Origin: Octopus bimaculoides
Taxonomy: Eukaryota
Direction of reading: 5' to 3'
NCBI RefSeq assembly: GCF_001194135.2
Contig: NC_068989.1
Span: forward strand, 277,182 to 341,181
DNA length: 64,000 bases
Positions 1 to 13,200 of this stretch are shown in pieces. Below the pieces are notes generated by a model. That model was not told the DNA's origin, made no database searches, and was given only the letters and a program-made list of their open reading frames with translations. The position numbers were made by a program, and so were the translations under genes. The number at the start of each line of letters is the position of its first letter. The stretch's first letter is position 1.

Positions 1-480
1 GACCTCCTAATATGCTACAAAACCTTTTTTGGGGTCCGAAAAATGGAGTGGCGTGAGGTGGAAGCGTCGGAAATTTCACCTTCACCCCCATTGATCTTTT
101 CACCAGCACGATTTTCACTAATGAAAAAAAAAATCGGATTTTTTGGCGTGGAATCAAGTACCCTGACCTCCTACTATGTTGCAGATCCCTTATTTTGGTT
201 CGGAAAAAAAGGTGGGGTGGTCACCCCACATTTTTTCGTGCGGGTGAAAAGATCAATGGAGTAGGGGTGAAATTCCCGAGGATTCTACCTCACTCCACCC
301 CGTTTTTCGGACCCCAAAAAGGGCTTTGTAGCATACTAGGATGTCACAGGAATTCATTCAACGCCCCACCCCTTCCGAACCAAAATAAGGGATTTGTAGC
401 ATGTTAGGAGGTCAATGTACTTGATTCCACGCAAAAAATCCGAGTTTTTTTAATTTTTTTCTTAGTGAAAATCGTGTGGG
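1..480. repeat. Interleaved inverted-repeat array (A, B, revcomp A, revcomp B), truncated by the window start
   Basis: 1-112 is the imperfect reverse complement of about 236-345, and 108-220 of about 365-478. The motif gacctccta.tatg occurs at 1 and 165. Confidence 0.8.
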
Positions 481-956
481 TGTTAATATAGAAATTTACC
501 GTGAAATCTTTACACACACATTGAATTTTAAGGATTTTATCGAAAATAACATTTATGAAATAGCATGCGACAATATATTTAGGAACCATAAGCAATAGAT
601 TTTTCTGTGGTGATTATGTATTCTACGTTGAAATCATTTCGGGAAATCTTGAAATAGCTGTGAAAAGAGCAACGACGTGCGAAATGCCAAAAGATTTTTA
701 CAGCAAAACCAGCCAAACTATGGGAATAATATGTAATTCTAATAATGAAATAAATAGAGAAAAATGTGCGTTTTTGTTTTTGCTTTGTTTTCTTTTCTTT
801 TACTGTGGTATATAAATAAATATTAGCCAGATAGATTTTTAAAAGCCAAACCAGATTTCAGCCACAGTTGTTGGCCTTCGCTGGCCGCTAAATTAATCGG
901 GGACGTAGAAAATATGACACCGTTTCAAAGCTCTCGCACTCTTTTCATGTAAAAGT

Positions 957-1053
957 ATGGCGATGACAAAAGATATAAAATCTGTCTTTGATGAAGCTGT
1001 TATTTTAGAGAAAACAAACAAAGAAGCTTCTATAGAATTGTTGACAAATGTTT
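957..1053 (+). CDS. PSMD11: PSMD11 exon 1 ([32 protein letters not shown])
   Basis: ATG at 957 and donor gtaagt at 1054, phase 1. EASIELL matches the Rpn6 N-terminal EASIDIL motif. Confidence 0.85.
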
Positions 1054-1237
1054 GTAAGTAATTATATTTGCTACATTAATATTGGCATTTGTACAAATTG
1101 ATCATTTTTAATTATTGCTGACTCACAGGGGAGCAGTCATTGTTTGGGAATCCAGACACAAATTTACCGGGTTTTTTTTTTTGCCTTTTCGTTTTTAATT
1201 CACTTCTTTCTAGAGAAATCATTATTTATAACGATTG

Positions 1238-1275
<38 letters not shown>

Positions 1276-4200
1276 CTTTTACCTCTTTTACTTGTTTCAG
1301 TCATTTGACTGCGGCCATGCTGGAGCACGCCTTTAGTCGAATCAAATCGACCCCAGGACTTATTCTTTGTAAGCCTAGTACTTATTCTATCGGGCTTTTT
1401 AGCCGAACCGCTAAGTTACGGGGACGTAAACACCAGCATCGAGTGTCAAGCGATGTTGGGGGGGGGACAAACACAGATACACAAATACATATATATATAT
1501 ATATATATACATATATACGACGGGCTTCTTTCAGTTTTCGTCTACCAAATCCACTCACAAGGCTTTAGTCGGCCCGAGGCTATAGTAGAAGACACTTGCC
1601 CAAGGTGCCACGCAGTGGGACTGAACCCAGAACCATGTGGTTGGTAAGCACACAGCCACTCCTACGCCCAGATAGAAAGTTTCAGCGCTATTGTTTATGA
1701 ATTTATAACGTATTTTTTTATTATTCTAAATAGAATGCATTTTTTTAAATGTATTTCATTATAATATTTATAGATAAAATTCCAGTTCCTTGGATTACTT
1801 GCATATAAATTGGATCTTTGTATGTAAATTATCGAAAGAGAGTAGGATTCCTAACACTCACCCTCATAACTATTCAGGATTACGCAATATTTTCCTTTAA
1901 TTCAATTGAAACTCTCTAAATTCTGTTCAAGGATGCAAAATATCTTCTGTCTAAACTTTAATCAAACTTATTTTCCTAATTTTATTAAACTGTGATGAAC
2001 TAAAACTTTGTTCTTAGTATTTAACTCTAGATCTGCGCTAAACTTATAAACCAGTGGTTCCCAACCTTTCCACTACCAAAGACCCCTTTTATTTAAATGA
2101 GTTTTCTCACCCCTTTTAATATGCTTGTTCTTATGTGAAATTTTGAATTTAGTTTACAGACCCCCCCCCCCNNNNNNNNNNNNNNNNNNNNNNNNNNNNN
2201 NNNNNNNNNNNNNNNNNNNNNNNNNNNNNNNAGTACTACCTTTGCGGACCACAGGTTGGGAACCACTGATGTACATTTTATATGAAAATTATTCTAGTTT
2301 TAATCCTTCCGTCTTTTTGTATATTCAAGACTCTGTTAGCCAAACGTATCATTTTTAGGCGGAGGTAAAGAATATATACACCACCCGTTTTCGGCGTAAC
2401 ATAAACCCTAACCCTAACCCTAACCCTAACCACCGGGTGTATGTATTTTTAGTTTACTCTCGTACAGATTTTTTTCTGATGTTAACAGTCCTTTAATTTT
2501 ATTTGTTATTTTGGATTCACTGAATAGGTGTGACTAGAGGAAGATTTGGCAGCTATTTCTTGCTGGTCGAGAGACTAATTCGCTTGTTTGAATTGAGGAT
2601 TTTATTTATTCTTATGCTGATGACTAACTTTTGAGCAAAAAGAAAAAGGATCTTGGTGAAGAAGGGCTAGGAAATGCACCAGTCTTCATGTCATGGCTCG
2701 AAAACTCATTCACTTGGGCATAGAATTCAAAACTTTGAAAGGGTATTTTAATATGAAGTTAAGGAGAATCTTGATAAGGATGCTGACCCAAGAGATTCTT
2801 ATCCGGAATTGATATTACTGAGTCATCCAGAGTACCGGAGCAATTATGGTTTCCTACATTACGCTCACTAAAACTATTTGATGGTTATGGTGTGGGTGGG
2901 GGTGGGGGACAAAATTAGTAACCGGGGTAAAACGAGTAATCTGATTTCTCGTTATTTTCTCTCTACCCGTTTGGAATCATTACATTAGTAAAAATTGGTC
3001 AGCAATAGTTGTTGCTGAAGTCGAGAGAGTCGGAAACAGGTGACAGGTACTTTTTTTCCTTTTTTTTTTTTCAAGAAATTTTTCCTACTTTTAACCGATT
3101 GTAATTGAGGTTGCTTATAAAATATCTGGGTAATTTTTGATGTTTATCAATCGATATTATTTTTTATGTTAGATTTCAAGTCGATTTTTTCCCCCCACAC
3201 ACTAATGTCTAATTTGATAATTTTCATGTTTCAAAAAAAAAAAGTCTAAAAATGGGGTAAAATGAGTAATGTCTCATTTCAATAATCTCTTCTCTTTAGC
3301 TGTGTCACGAAACCCCAATTTATATTCATGACCCTTTTTTTCCAAGTAACATTTCTGAGTTCTGTTGATTTCTAGTTTACTCTCTCTTGGATATTTCCTC
3401 TGATTTTTTTTTTCTACTCACACTGCTAATTTTGATTACCCCAAAATTTCGGCTTCTCTTTCTTAACACTGTTTCTAATATTCTTTACAAATATTCATCT
3501 CTTAAGACATTTGTTTATTCTTTTAATGCTTTCAGTTCAGATTATATTCTTTGTGAATTCTCACTTTATGGACAACTCTCTTCAAATGGGAAGTTTTCCT
3601 TGAATTACTAAAATTAATGACTATCTTTAATTTTCAAAGAGTTCCAAAACCATTAATACTTCATATGCTAATATAGAGTCAATATATATTTTTTTGCTGT
3701 TATTTTATTTCCCAGTGAAGAAAGATATTGGTACAAACCTTGAGGACATTGAATACAAAGCACAAGTTATCTCCAAGCTGGGAGATTTATTGTCAGAACA
3801 GAAGAATGCTTCAGGTAAGTTATCATTGTATTTAGTATAGAATTGTTTAACATTACTGTTGTATGTAAGGAGGTTTGTTTAAAATTTATGTGTAGTATTG
3901 CTGCATTTCATATTGACATTGAAATGAGAATGTTTTAATAGCTAATGTCTTAGGGAGTATTGTCAATACACTACTGGGAGTCATTTCATGGTTCCACTAT
4001 TTTGCTAGGGTCTGGCTGCATTAGCTTTATCACTTCATTCTTCCTAAGAAAGCTTGGCTTTTATTCTTATCTTGAAAGTTAGAACATCAAGAGTAGGGTG
4101 ATTTGACACACATTAACCCTTTTGTTACCATATTTCTGTTGAGATGCTCTGTGTTTCTTTCAATTAATCTTAAATATAACAAAGAATTTCGTAAAATGAC

Positions 4201-7200
4201 TTCTTTATCATTCAACTAGTGTTAGGAACATGAATTGTGACTAAGGTTTGGTGGAAGATTTTAATTCAAAACTTTTGAAAACAAGACATTTGTACTACAG
4301 AACCAGAGGCGGTTTCAGCATGGTTGATATAGAAAGGGTTAAATTTGAAGTGGAGAGTTTAAGGTAGTTTTTAAAATTTTTCTTTGTTTGAGGCACACTG
4401 TGAAGCTTGGCAAAAAAAAAAAATAAAAAATAAAGCCTGTATTTAAATGGGCAGAATCTTTTTTTGTTTATAAAAGTACTGTGGCAGTTTGAACAGACAA
4501 GCATGAGTTGTCAAGGCATCAAATTGTCGACATTTTTGGTTTTCTCTTGGTTAGATCTCTGATTTTCAGCTTAGAGTATCATAAGCTGAGCACAGAAAGC
4601 TTTCGTGTTGAAAGTTAACTTGGAGGCATAGGAGAATAAAGTTTCATTACATCCAACAATGTGCTTCAATGGAATAGATGATGAAGAATCATGATATACA
4701 CTTAGATTTATATTCTATGCCAGCATGGGGAAAATATATGTTCTGTTATTTAGACTATTGATGACAATGCAAACCCAACTTGACACATAATCATTTTTAA
4801 CAATAGTATTATTATACCTGCATTGCATATTTATAAAAAGAGATGCATTTTCAAATCTTTATCAGTCCTGATATACAAAGTATTGATATATTATACATCG
4901 TACTATGAACCAACAAGGGAACTTCTATGCTATCTGTCTACCAGAAACAGCAACCAAATCCTCTTTAAATCATATTCTATTATCTAAAAGAAACAACACA
5001 GTGGTTAAGGTAGTCGTAGGTAGCTCTTGTTAGAATGCTTTTGATGACCAAAGGTCTGTTTGGTCAGAGAAACACTACACTTGCTACAATAGCAGCAGCA
5101 GCAATTTTCTAGCTCCATAAGAAGTGAGAAGGTACAATGTTTCTTATTTTCAAGTGATTTCTTTCTGTCATTGCTTTGTATCTTCAATTGTAGGGCTTGC
5201 TTCCTTGATAAAGGTTACTCGACCATTTCTTGGAATGGTGAGCAAAGCCAAAGCAGCTAAACTGGTACGAAATTTAGTTGATCACTTTCTGGATCTTGAG
5301 GCTGGAACTGGAAACGAGGTAATGCATATTTCCTAAGTGACTGTCCATCTTTTTAAAAAATGTTTTCAGTTTGTGTGTTCATGTTTGTAATTGTTGATAG
5401 CTTTTACAAGTTTCAGTCATTAGACTGTGGTCTTGCTGAGGAAGAATTTTTAGCTGAATGGATCAACTCCATTCAACATAAACCTGGTACTTATTCTGTT
5501 GGTCTCTTTTGCCAAACCGTAAAGTTACAGGGACATAAACAAACCAACGCTGGTTGTCAACACACACACACACATATATTCTTTCAGTTTCCGTCCACCA
5601 AATCTACTCACAAAGCTTAGGTGAATCTCAGGCTGTAGTAGAAGACACTTGCCCAAGTTACCATGTCTTCCTGGGCCTACCCCTTCCACAGGTTCCCTCC
5701 ACAATTAAATGTACCACATGACCAAACCAGCACAGTCTTCTCTCTTGCACACAACATCTGATGATGGAGTAATGTTGAAAATCCTTGTTATTGACATTTG
5801 TAGATATGGAAACTAAAGCATTGAGAGTTAAATGGTTTGACCCTGGACATAATGCAGTAACTGCAGGTGTGATTGTATCATAAACCTAACTTTTAGTTTC
5901 ATCTCTATGCATGTTTGTGTGCGTTTATGGTAGTTTTACTTCCATTAATTTTTTTTTGAAAATCCAGATATATCTATAAATTGATGGAATTAGTGATTCT
6001 AACTAGGAATTGTATCTAAAATCATAAATTTTGTTTACCAATAATTTTGTTAGCACATTACCTGTTGAAGCTGTTACGAAGATATTGTATTGGCCCAAAC
6101 CATCAGGACTAGGTGGTGTTGGCAGTAAGATGTATTCTTGCTATTTAATATCGTTGTTGGAATTTTTGTTTTCTTAGGTTTCACTATGTAATGAGTGTAT
6201 TGATTGGGCGAAAAATGAGAAAAGGACATTTTTACGACAAGCACTTGAGGTGAGTTGTTGATTTTAATTAAAAACAATAAATGAAATTTTGTGAGTGTAA
6301 ATATGCATATATGTTTGCCATGTGTTTAAATGTATATGTGTGTTTGTTTGTGCATATACATATGTGTGTATGTGCATATGCACATTTGTCTACATGTGTG
6401 CATATGTTTGTATTGAAGTTAGCTCATGAAGTCATATGCAATGTGTTGGTCACGTCATCTTGTCTTGATTTTGGGCTTCCAAAGCAATTACAAGGTATTC
6501 TAGTAAGATTTACCCATTGATATTTCTTAATTATTCAAAATAAACTGAAGGTAGGATAATAAAATTTGGCACACACATTCTAATGTAAATTGCCAATTCA
6601 TTGCAGTAATTACATTTCAAAATGACCACCACAAAATGCCTTGATCATAGTCTGCAAGGGAGACTTGCACCCATCAGATGGAACAACAGCCCACACCATG
6701 AACAAAACTGGTCTCTGATGGCATAAAGCCTGTCGTTCTACCTGATGGTAACTGCCTCGCCGATGAAGATCAACACTTTGTTAGCAGTGTACTTCATCTC
6801 AGCTAACATGGTTTTACTCATGTTGAGCCATTTCTTCTTGGAAGCTGCTGAAATTCACTGTCGGCATTGCTTCTTGTATGCAGCTAGCTTTAAATCCTCT
6901 TCAAAAATCCTTTGCCTTGATTATTTCGAAATATCAAGAGCTTTATCAGTTTTTTCTTGCACTCCTGCAGGGATTTCAGCTCATTTGCTTCTTTACAGTT
7001 TCAACAGTTTGTTTGCTATGAATTTGTTTCCTACCAAAAATCGGCTTACTAGAGGTAGTAGCGAACTCCATATATCGATTCCAGGTATTGAATGCTGTTT
7101 TACAGGATATTTAAGTGTTTTATGTCCTTGTTACTCACTGCAGTTGTTTTCAAAGTGACAATCTGGTCATGTTTTGCTTTAGATGCCATGTTTGTTTGCA

Positions 7201-10200
7201 AACCTGTTATAGACAAATGAAACAATAGACACATGAACAAAAGACGTGTAAATCTTTGCGTAAAATGTTGATAATATTTCCTGAAATGATATGCTTTAGG
7301 AAGAGTTATAAACATGTGTAAATCTTTCTGGGACACCCTGCACTTTATGGTGAATCATTTCTCAATAAGCATCCTCAGCATAGACGACAAAAGATATTTC
7401 ATGATGTGACAAAAGACAACCATAGGTCCTTGAGCTTTGTTACATGGGAACATCTTGTAATGAATGAAATAATAGTCTCTAACTAGAAAGAGCAGCCTGC
7501 AGTTTGAGAAAAATGGAATTACTCATCAAATAGTGAAACTTAAACTGCCGGTTTTTGTAACTCTGTATAATTGAGAATTAAGAAGAGATCTCACTCACAT
7601 TGTTTGAGGCTGTATTACACTTTCAATCGTGTCATTCATGGAAGGTCACATGTTAGAAGACCAATACATGATGCTTATATGCAGCCAGGCGCAGGAGTGG
7701 CTGTGTGGTAAGTAGCTTGCTTACCAAGTTTGTGTTGGCATTTTGCTTCCGGTCACCATGGAAGATAGACATGCAGCTCATAGCTCCTAGATTCCTTTAA
7801 GAAGGTGGATTGGTCAAGGCTGGTTTGTGTTTGATAGATTTTCTCTGCCTGAGTTAACCCCGGGCTAAATAGCAACGACCATGAAAAACCTGCTGGCAAC
7901 TAAACAGTCTGAATTTCACATTGGTGAGACAACAAACCCCATGACTAATATTTGTAGAATTAGAACTTGTGTTTCTGTGGTGTTTTAGTTCAACATCCAA
8001 ACCTTCTAAATCATTCTGTTAAACCATTTCAGTAAAAATATACAATTCATTTTTATTTTGCTCTTATTTTTGTAGGCAAGATTAATTTCAGTGTATTATG
8101 ATACTAAAAGTTATGAAAAAGCTTTGGCCCAATGTAAGTTAGCTATGTTTTATCTTTAACTTTGTATTTCATTTTTTTTTTTTTTTTCTGTATAATTTAT
8201 TTATTTTATTGCTGAAATATGTTGGCAGGTTTTGCAAATCTGACAGTTTAATGAGTTCTTTTAGCAAGTAGTAACAGCAATAGCCAGGAATCCATATCTA
8301 TCTCTTCCAGCAACTCTTATATTCAGAATATTTGGGCTGATTTTGTCTCCTGATAGACTATTCTTACTTTTTCATTTTAGAAAGAAAATTCTTAACTTGT
8401 TTAAATGTGACACCTCCAGACACAAGTAATATGTCTGGTATATTTTGTGTGTATGCACTCTCACTCTTATGACGCACATCATCATCATCATCGTTTAATG
8501 TCCGCTTTCCATACTGGCCTGGGTTGGACAGTTTGAATGAAAAACTGGTAAGCTGGAGAGCTGCACTAGGTCCCCATCTGATTTGGCAGTGTTTCTACAG
8601 CTGGATGCCCTTCCTAATGCCAACAATTCTGATAGTGTAGCGGGTGCTTTTTACGTGCCACTGGCATGGGTGCCATATTGAAACAAATTCCCTAATTCCA
8701 GACACTCTACAAAAGCTCATTTCCTATTTCTTCAATCAAAAGTTGTTGTTTTTTTTTTATTTCCTTTTTGCCCCCTTTTTTCTTTTGTCACTTGTATGTT
8801 TCAATTTGGTTTTAAGTTCCTGTTGTTTTGATTATGTAAACAACCAAACCAATAAAGAGAAAGTGGTGACAACACAATAGCTCAGAAAACTGAAGTATGT
8901 TGTGTGCCTTATTCGAGTCTACCATAAATCATCAGTCTGTGTAAGGGTCTCTCCATGATGATCCCTTAACATAGAAGAACATAGCAGTAAAATTTCCCTC
9001 AAAGCATAATATACCATCTTAATAGGAGATATTTTACACTGAGATGGTTTTATAAAAATGAGATCGGGGGGCTAGATCAAGGTTGATCTGGGGTTAAACA
9101 CAATATATATATTATCAGCATTATTGCTTTCATCTGAAACTCTGTTTTACAACATTTATTGCCTTTGTTGTAGAAGAGTCAAAAATTCAATGATGGGGTT
9201 GTAGATGTAGTGTTGGTACACGAGTCTATATTATCTAGCAAATGATCATGTCTCAGCTATAGTCTAAGTATGCGTTGTTGTGAAGTGATGCATGCATTTG
9301 AACTGATCCTTTAACCTTCAAAATGCCAATATAATATTACAGCTGCTACATTGCTGAAAGAACTGAAGGAATTAGATGATAAGGCATTGTTGGTAGAAGT
9401 GCAACTTTTAGAAAGCAAGATCTACTATGCCCTCTCTAATCTGCCAAAAGCCAGGTAAATATTATTTTATTTTATCACAGAGTGTTTAGGTTTTTAATTG
9501 TGTGACATACGTGGGAGAAATGTTGAACATTAAAATCACATCAACGTTACTGAAATGAAAGTATTTCAATCAACCGAATTGTCTTAATTTAATCTGTAAA
9601 GCAAAAAAGAAGTTTGTAGGTGTGCAATGAGAAAAAGCATTGAATGTTTTTAGATGGGTACTGTATTGGAGAATTATATTTTCTATGTTTGATTTTCACT
9701 AATCTTAAATGTAGGCTGATTAACCCCTCTAACAATGAGTTAGGTATTGTAAGCAAGTGTATTCTTGATGCCATCAGCTCTGATATCAGAAGGGCTATGG
9801 GCTTGACCCAATGAGATTCTAGTTCTGCAGTAATTGATTTTGTGACACCAAGGATAAAGCAGCCTGCAAGTTCTTCTCGTTCCATATCATGAATTTCTAC
9901 CCTTCAATATTAAAATTCCTTCTCCTGAAGGCCCTAGCCCTTGGTGGGCAATTCACAAAAACGACCTTGATAACAGAATCATGAATACAAGAAAGTCAAT
10001 CCTGTTTCACAATGGTTCCTCACAATGGCAGCTCATTGTTTGCTATATCATTGGAGAGCTACAACAGGACTGAGGTCAGTAATTTCATTGGGTTATTTTG
10101 GTTATCCTAAAGAAATGCACACCACACTCTCACAGTTTGCTCCTGGATAAGGATGATCTGGCAACCTGAGGCCATATGAAATAATCTGATAAAACTCTGC

Positions 10201-13200
10201 AAAGAATTTGGCCTAAATATAATAGTTATCACTAACTTGACTAAGGTCAACTTCCTAAACCTCAGGACAGGCAAGTACTATTATAGAAAGTCAATGTGGA
10301 AATTATTCCTAAATACTCCAACCTAAATACTTGTAATTAAAAATCTTCGGACTTTGGTTTTTGTTAGATTAACACTAAATCCCTTTGATTCTAGACAGAC
10401 CTTGCTTCTATGCCTGAAATTTCTTTTCTAGTTCTGGTAGTAATTCAGCTATAAGAACAAGGTAATCAGCATAGAGGAGCTCCCAGAGGCAGCCTGTCTG
10501 AGGACTGATCCTTGATGAACCCTTATTTGCATCCTGAATTCATTGGTATAAGACTAATAGATATATAAAACAAAAAAATGGAGGCAGAGTTTCAGATCAG
10601 GACACTCACATAAGTTGGTTCCCCACTGCCCACCACCACAATTTTCTCCCTCACCATGGCCTTTGAAATGATGGGGGTGGGGCATCCTCCTGTGAAAATA
10701 ATGTTTTATGCATACATGCATGTGTGTGTGTATATATATATATATATTAATCCAGAAATGCTTTTGGTTCTATTATCAAGGGCTGCTTTGACTTCAGGAA
10801 GAACTACAGCAAATGGCATTTACTGTCCACCTAAACTCCAGGCAGCTTTAGATTTGCAATCAGGTAAGTGGAATAAGCTTCATATTATTTGCTGCTACCA
10901 TTTTTTTAAAAATTTATATAAAATTGTTCATTAGCTGAAACGAATGCAGTGTCTGCCAGTAGCACTTTATCCGATTCACTTTACCCGTTACAACTGACTT
11001 TAGTACAGTTTTATAATCTTTTGAACTTTAAAGAAGTATTAAATAATCAATCTTATAAAAATATAAAATTCTAAAATCTGTAGCATTTCAGAAAGATTTG
11101 CAGATAGAGTGTCTCAGTTTTTCTAAAGTTTCTAAGATAGATATTTTTGCCAATAGGCCAGTTGCTCTAGTAATCCGTAATCTTTAAAAATCACTGACGA
11201 TAAAATAATCCTTCTCAATATCCATTGTTGTTATCCCTGCAGGTATCCTCCATGCTGCTGATGAGAAAGATTTTAAGACTGCATATTCATATTTTTATGA
11301 AGCGTTTGAAGGTTACGACTCTATCGACAGTCCCAAAGCCATCATAGCTCTAAAATATATGTTAATGTGTAAAATCATGCTCAATCTGTAAGTTATGTGT
11401 TCAAATATATCTTTATTGTGTTTGTGTCTAAGCAAATGTAGGGATAAGCAAGTTAGACAGATCAATATATAAAATACAAACAACGTATATATATGTTTAC
11501 ATACAAAAAGGTCTTACACAATATAAATGATAGAGAAAATTCAAGGAATTTGTAATACTTTTCTTCAACCCCCTTTAATTCTTTATATCATTTGTATTCT
11601 GTGTAAATCGAACCTTTTTGTATGTGACCTTATGTACATTTTTTGTATTTCATGTATTTAATATACTCCATATTTTTGATCTAACCAGTTCCATATGTAA
11701 AAGAACATGCTGCGTTCTGAGTATTTTTAAATGTGTTTACATGTGAATCTATATATTAAAAAAAAAAAAAATTATTTTTTCTTAGAGCTGATGAAGTGCA
11801 AGCAATTGTCAGTGGGAAAATAGCTCTGAAATATACAGGCCCTAATATTGATGCTATGAAAAGTATAGCTCAAGCAAGCCAGAAGAGATCGTTAGCTGAT
11901 TTCACTGAGGTGAGGTGCAGTTTTATGTTTATTTGTCAAATAAAGTCGACTCTGAGGTTTTATGTTTCTTCTCAGCTCTATAAAAACTTATTGTTTTCTA
12001 TTTTGTTATTTAAAAAGATAATTCTTTCTATGTTTGATTGCCTTCATTACTTTTTCCCTTTTAAGCAAATTGCCACAATTTATGCTTTAAGGTATTTTAG
12101 CTCATATAGATATATAAATATAAAATATTTCTCTTTGAAAGGAATGAATATCAAGTCATGTTAGTTAAATTGTTAGCAAAATAATTCACACTGAAAGCGT
12201 ATTTTAATGATTAAAACTGAAGTTAAAGGATATTTTAGGTCGACAGTAAAGGAAAATAATATTAGTGGATAAATTGTATCTGACTTTCTGAGATGAGTGA
12301 TAATCATTATTTCATTATTATACATGGAATTGTAGATAGACTAGCACTCTCATCTTGTGGAGGAAAAAGAAGCTCCAACCCTTGTCAAACAGTCATTCAT
12401 AGTGTCTACAACACTATGAATTGGCACATACACTGGACTTTGATAACCTTTTCAGTAGACCTAGCATAGAATTGAATATCCTATGGGAGCCTTTAGTTTA
12501 AGAAGAGCATTAAAAAAAAAAGCACAGTAAGTTTTAAAAACTTTGATTCAAGTGGAATGAGTAAGTGACATCACAAGAATAACTAATTGGAGAATATCAT
12601 GTATTATCCAAATAGTGGAATGAGAACAAGCAGTTTGACATGCTTAGAAAATTCCACAATACTGTTTCTACAGCATTATATTATACTGGTTACAGGTGCC
12701 ACATGCATATAGCTAGGTGTACAAATCATTGAGAGATAAATAGGAATCTCTCTCTCTCTCTCTCTCTCTCACATGCAATATCCATATAGTTAAGCTGATG
12801 GATTACTGATTGTGTGGGCCCCAAGTTGAGATCTTCCAGCCACTGGTTTGGGTCACTTAACTGTTTGCTCTAGTTTTCCTGCAGATGACAAAAATGAACG
12901 AGAAGTAGGCTTCTGTTTTATGTTTGATTGGTTATCAATGAGAAAGATTTTTACCTCTAAAAGAAAATAAACCATATTTTAGCTTGCAAAAATGGATGTC
13001 TAGCAGTGAACATTCTTTGCAATTGTCAGGACTTCTCAGATGGAAGCAGTAGACTTCATTACCAAATTAATAATAATCTAATACCCATTAGTTATATTTT
13101 AACAAGGTTGTAGGATGAGAAACTGTGGTGTCCTGGGAAATGTCAAGCTGCATGAGGAGCAGCGAATGTTTTAATTTCTAATACCCACTAATCAAAGTAA

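Noticed and set aside
961-1010. Absence of the PKA site equivalent to human Rpn6 Ser14 (FDEAVI here versus FQRAQS)
   Set aside because: As I recall, the serine is also absent in Drosophila Rpn6, so its absence is probably ancestral for invertebrates rather than special here.
1600-1668. tRNA-like A/B-box sequences here and at 7687, 24616, 29920 and 33372
   Set aside because: They are heads of multi-copy SINEs and do not form a complete cloverleaf, so they are not called as tRNA genes.
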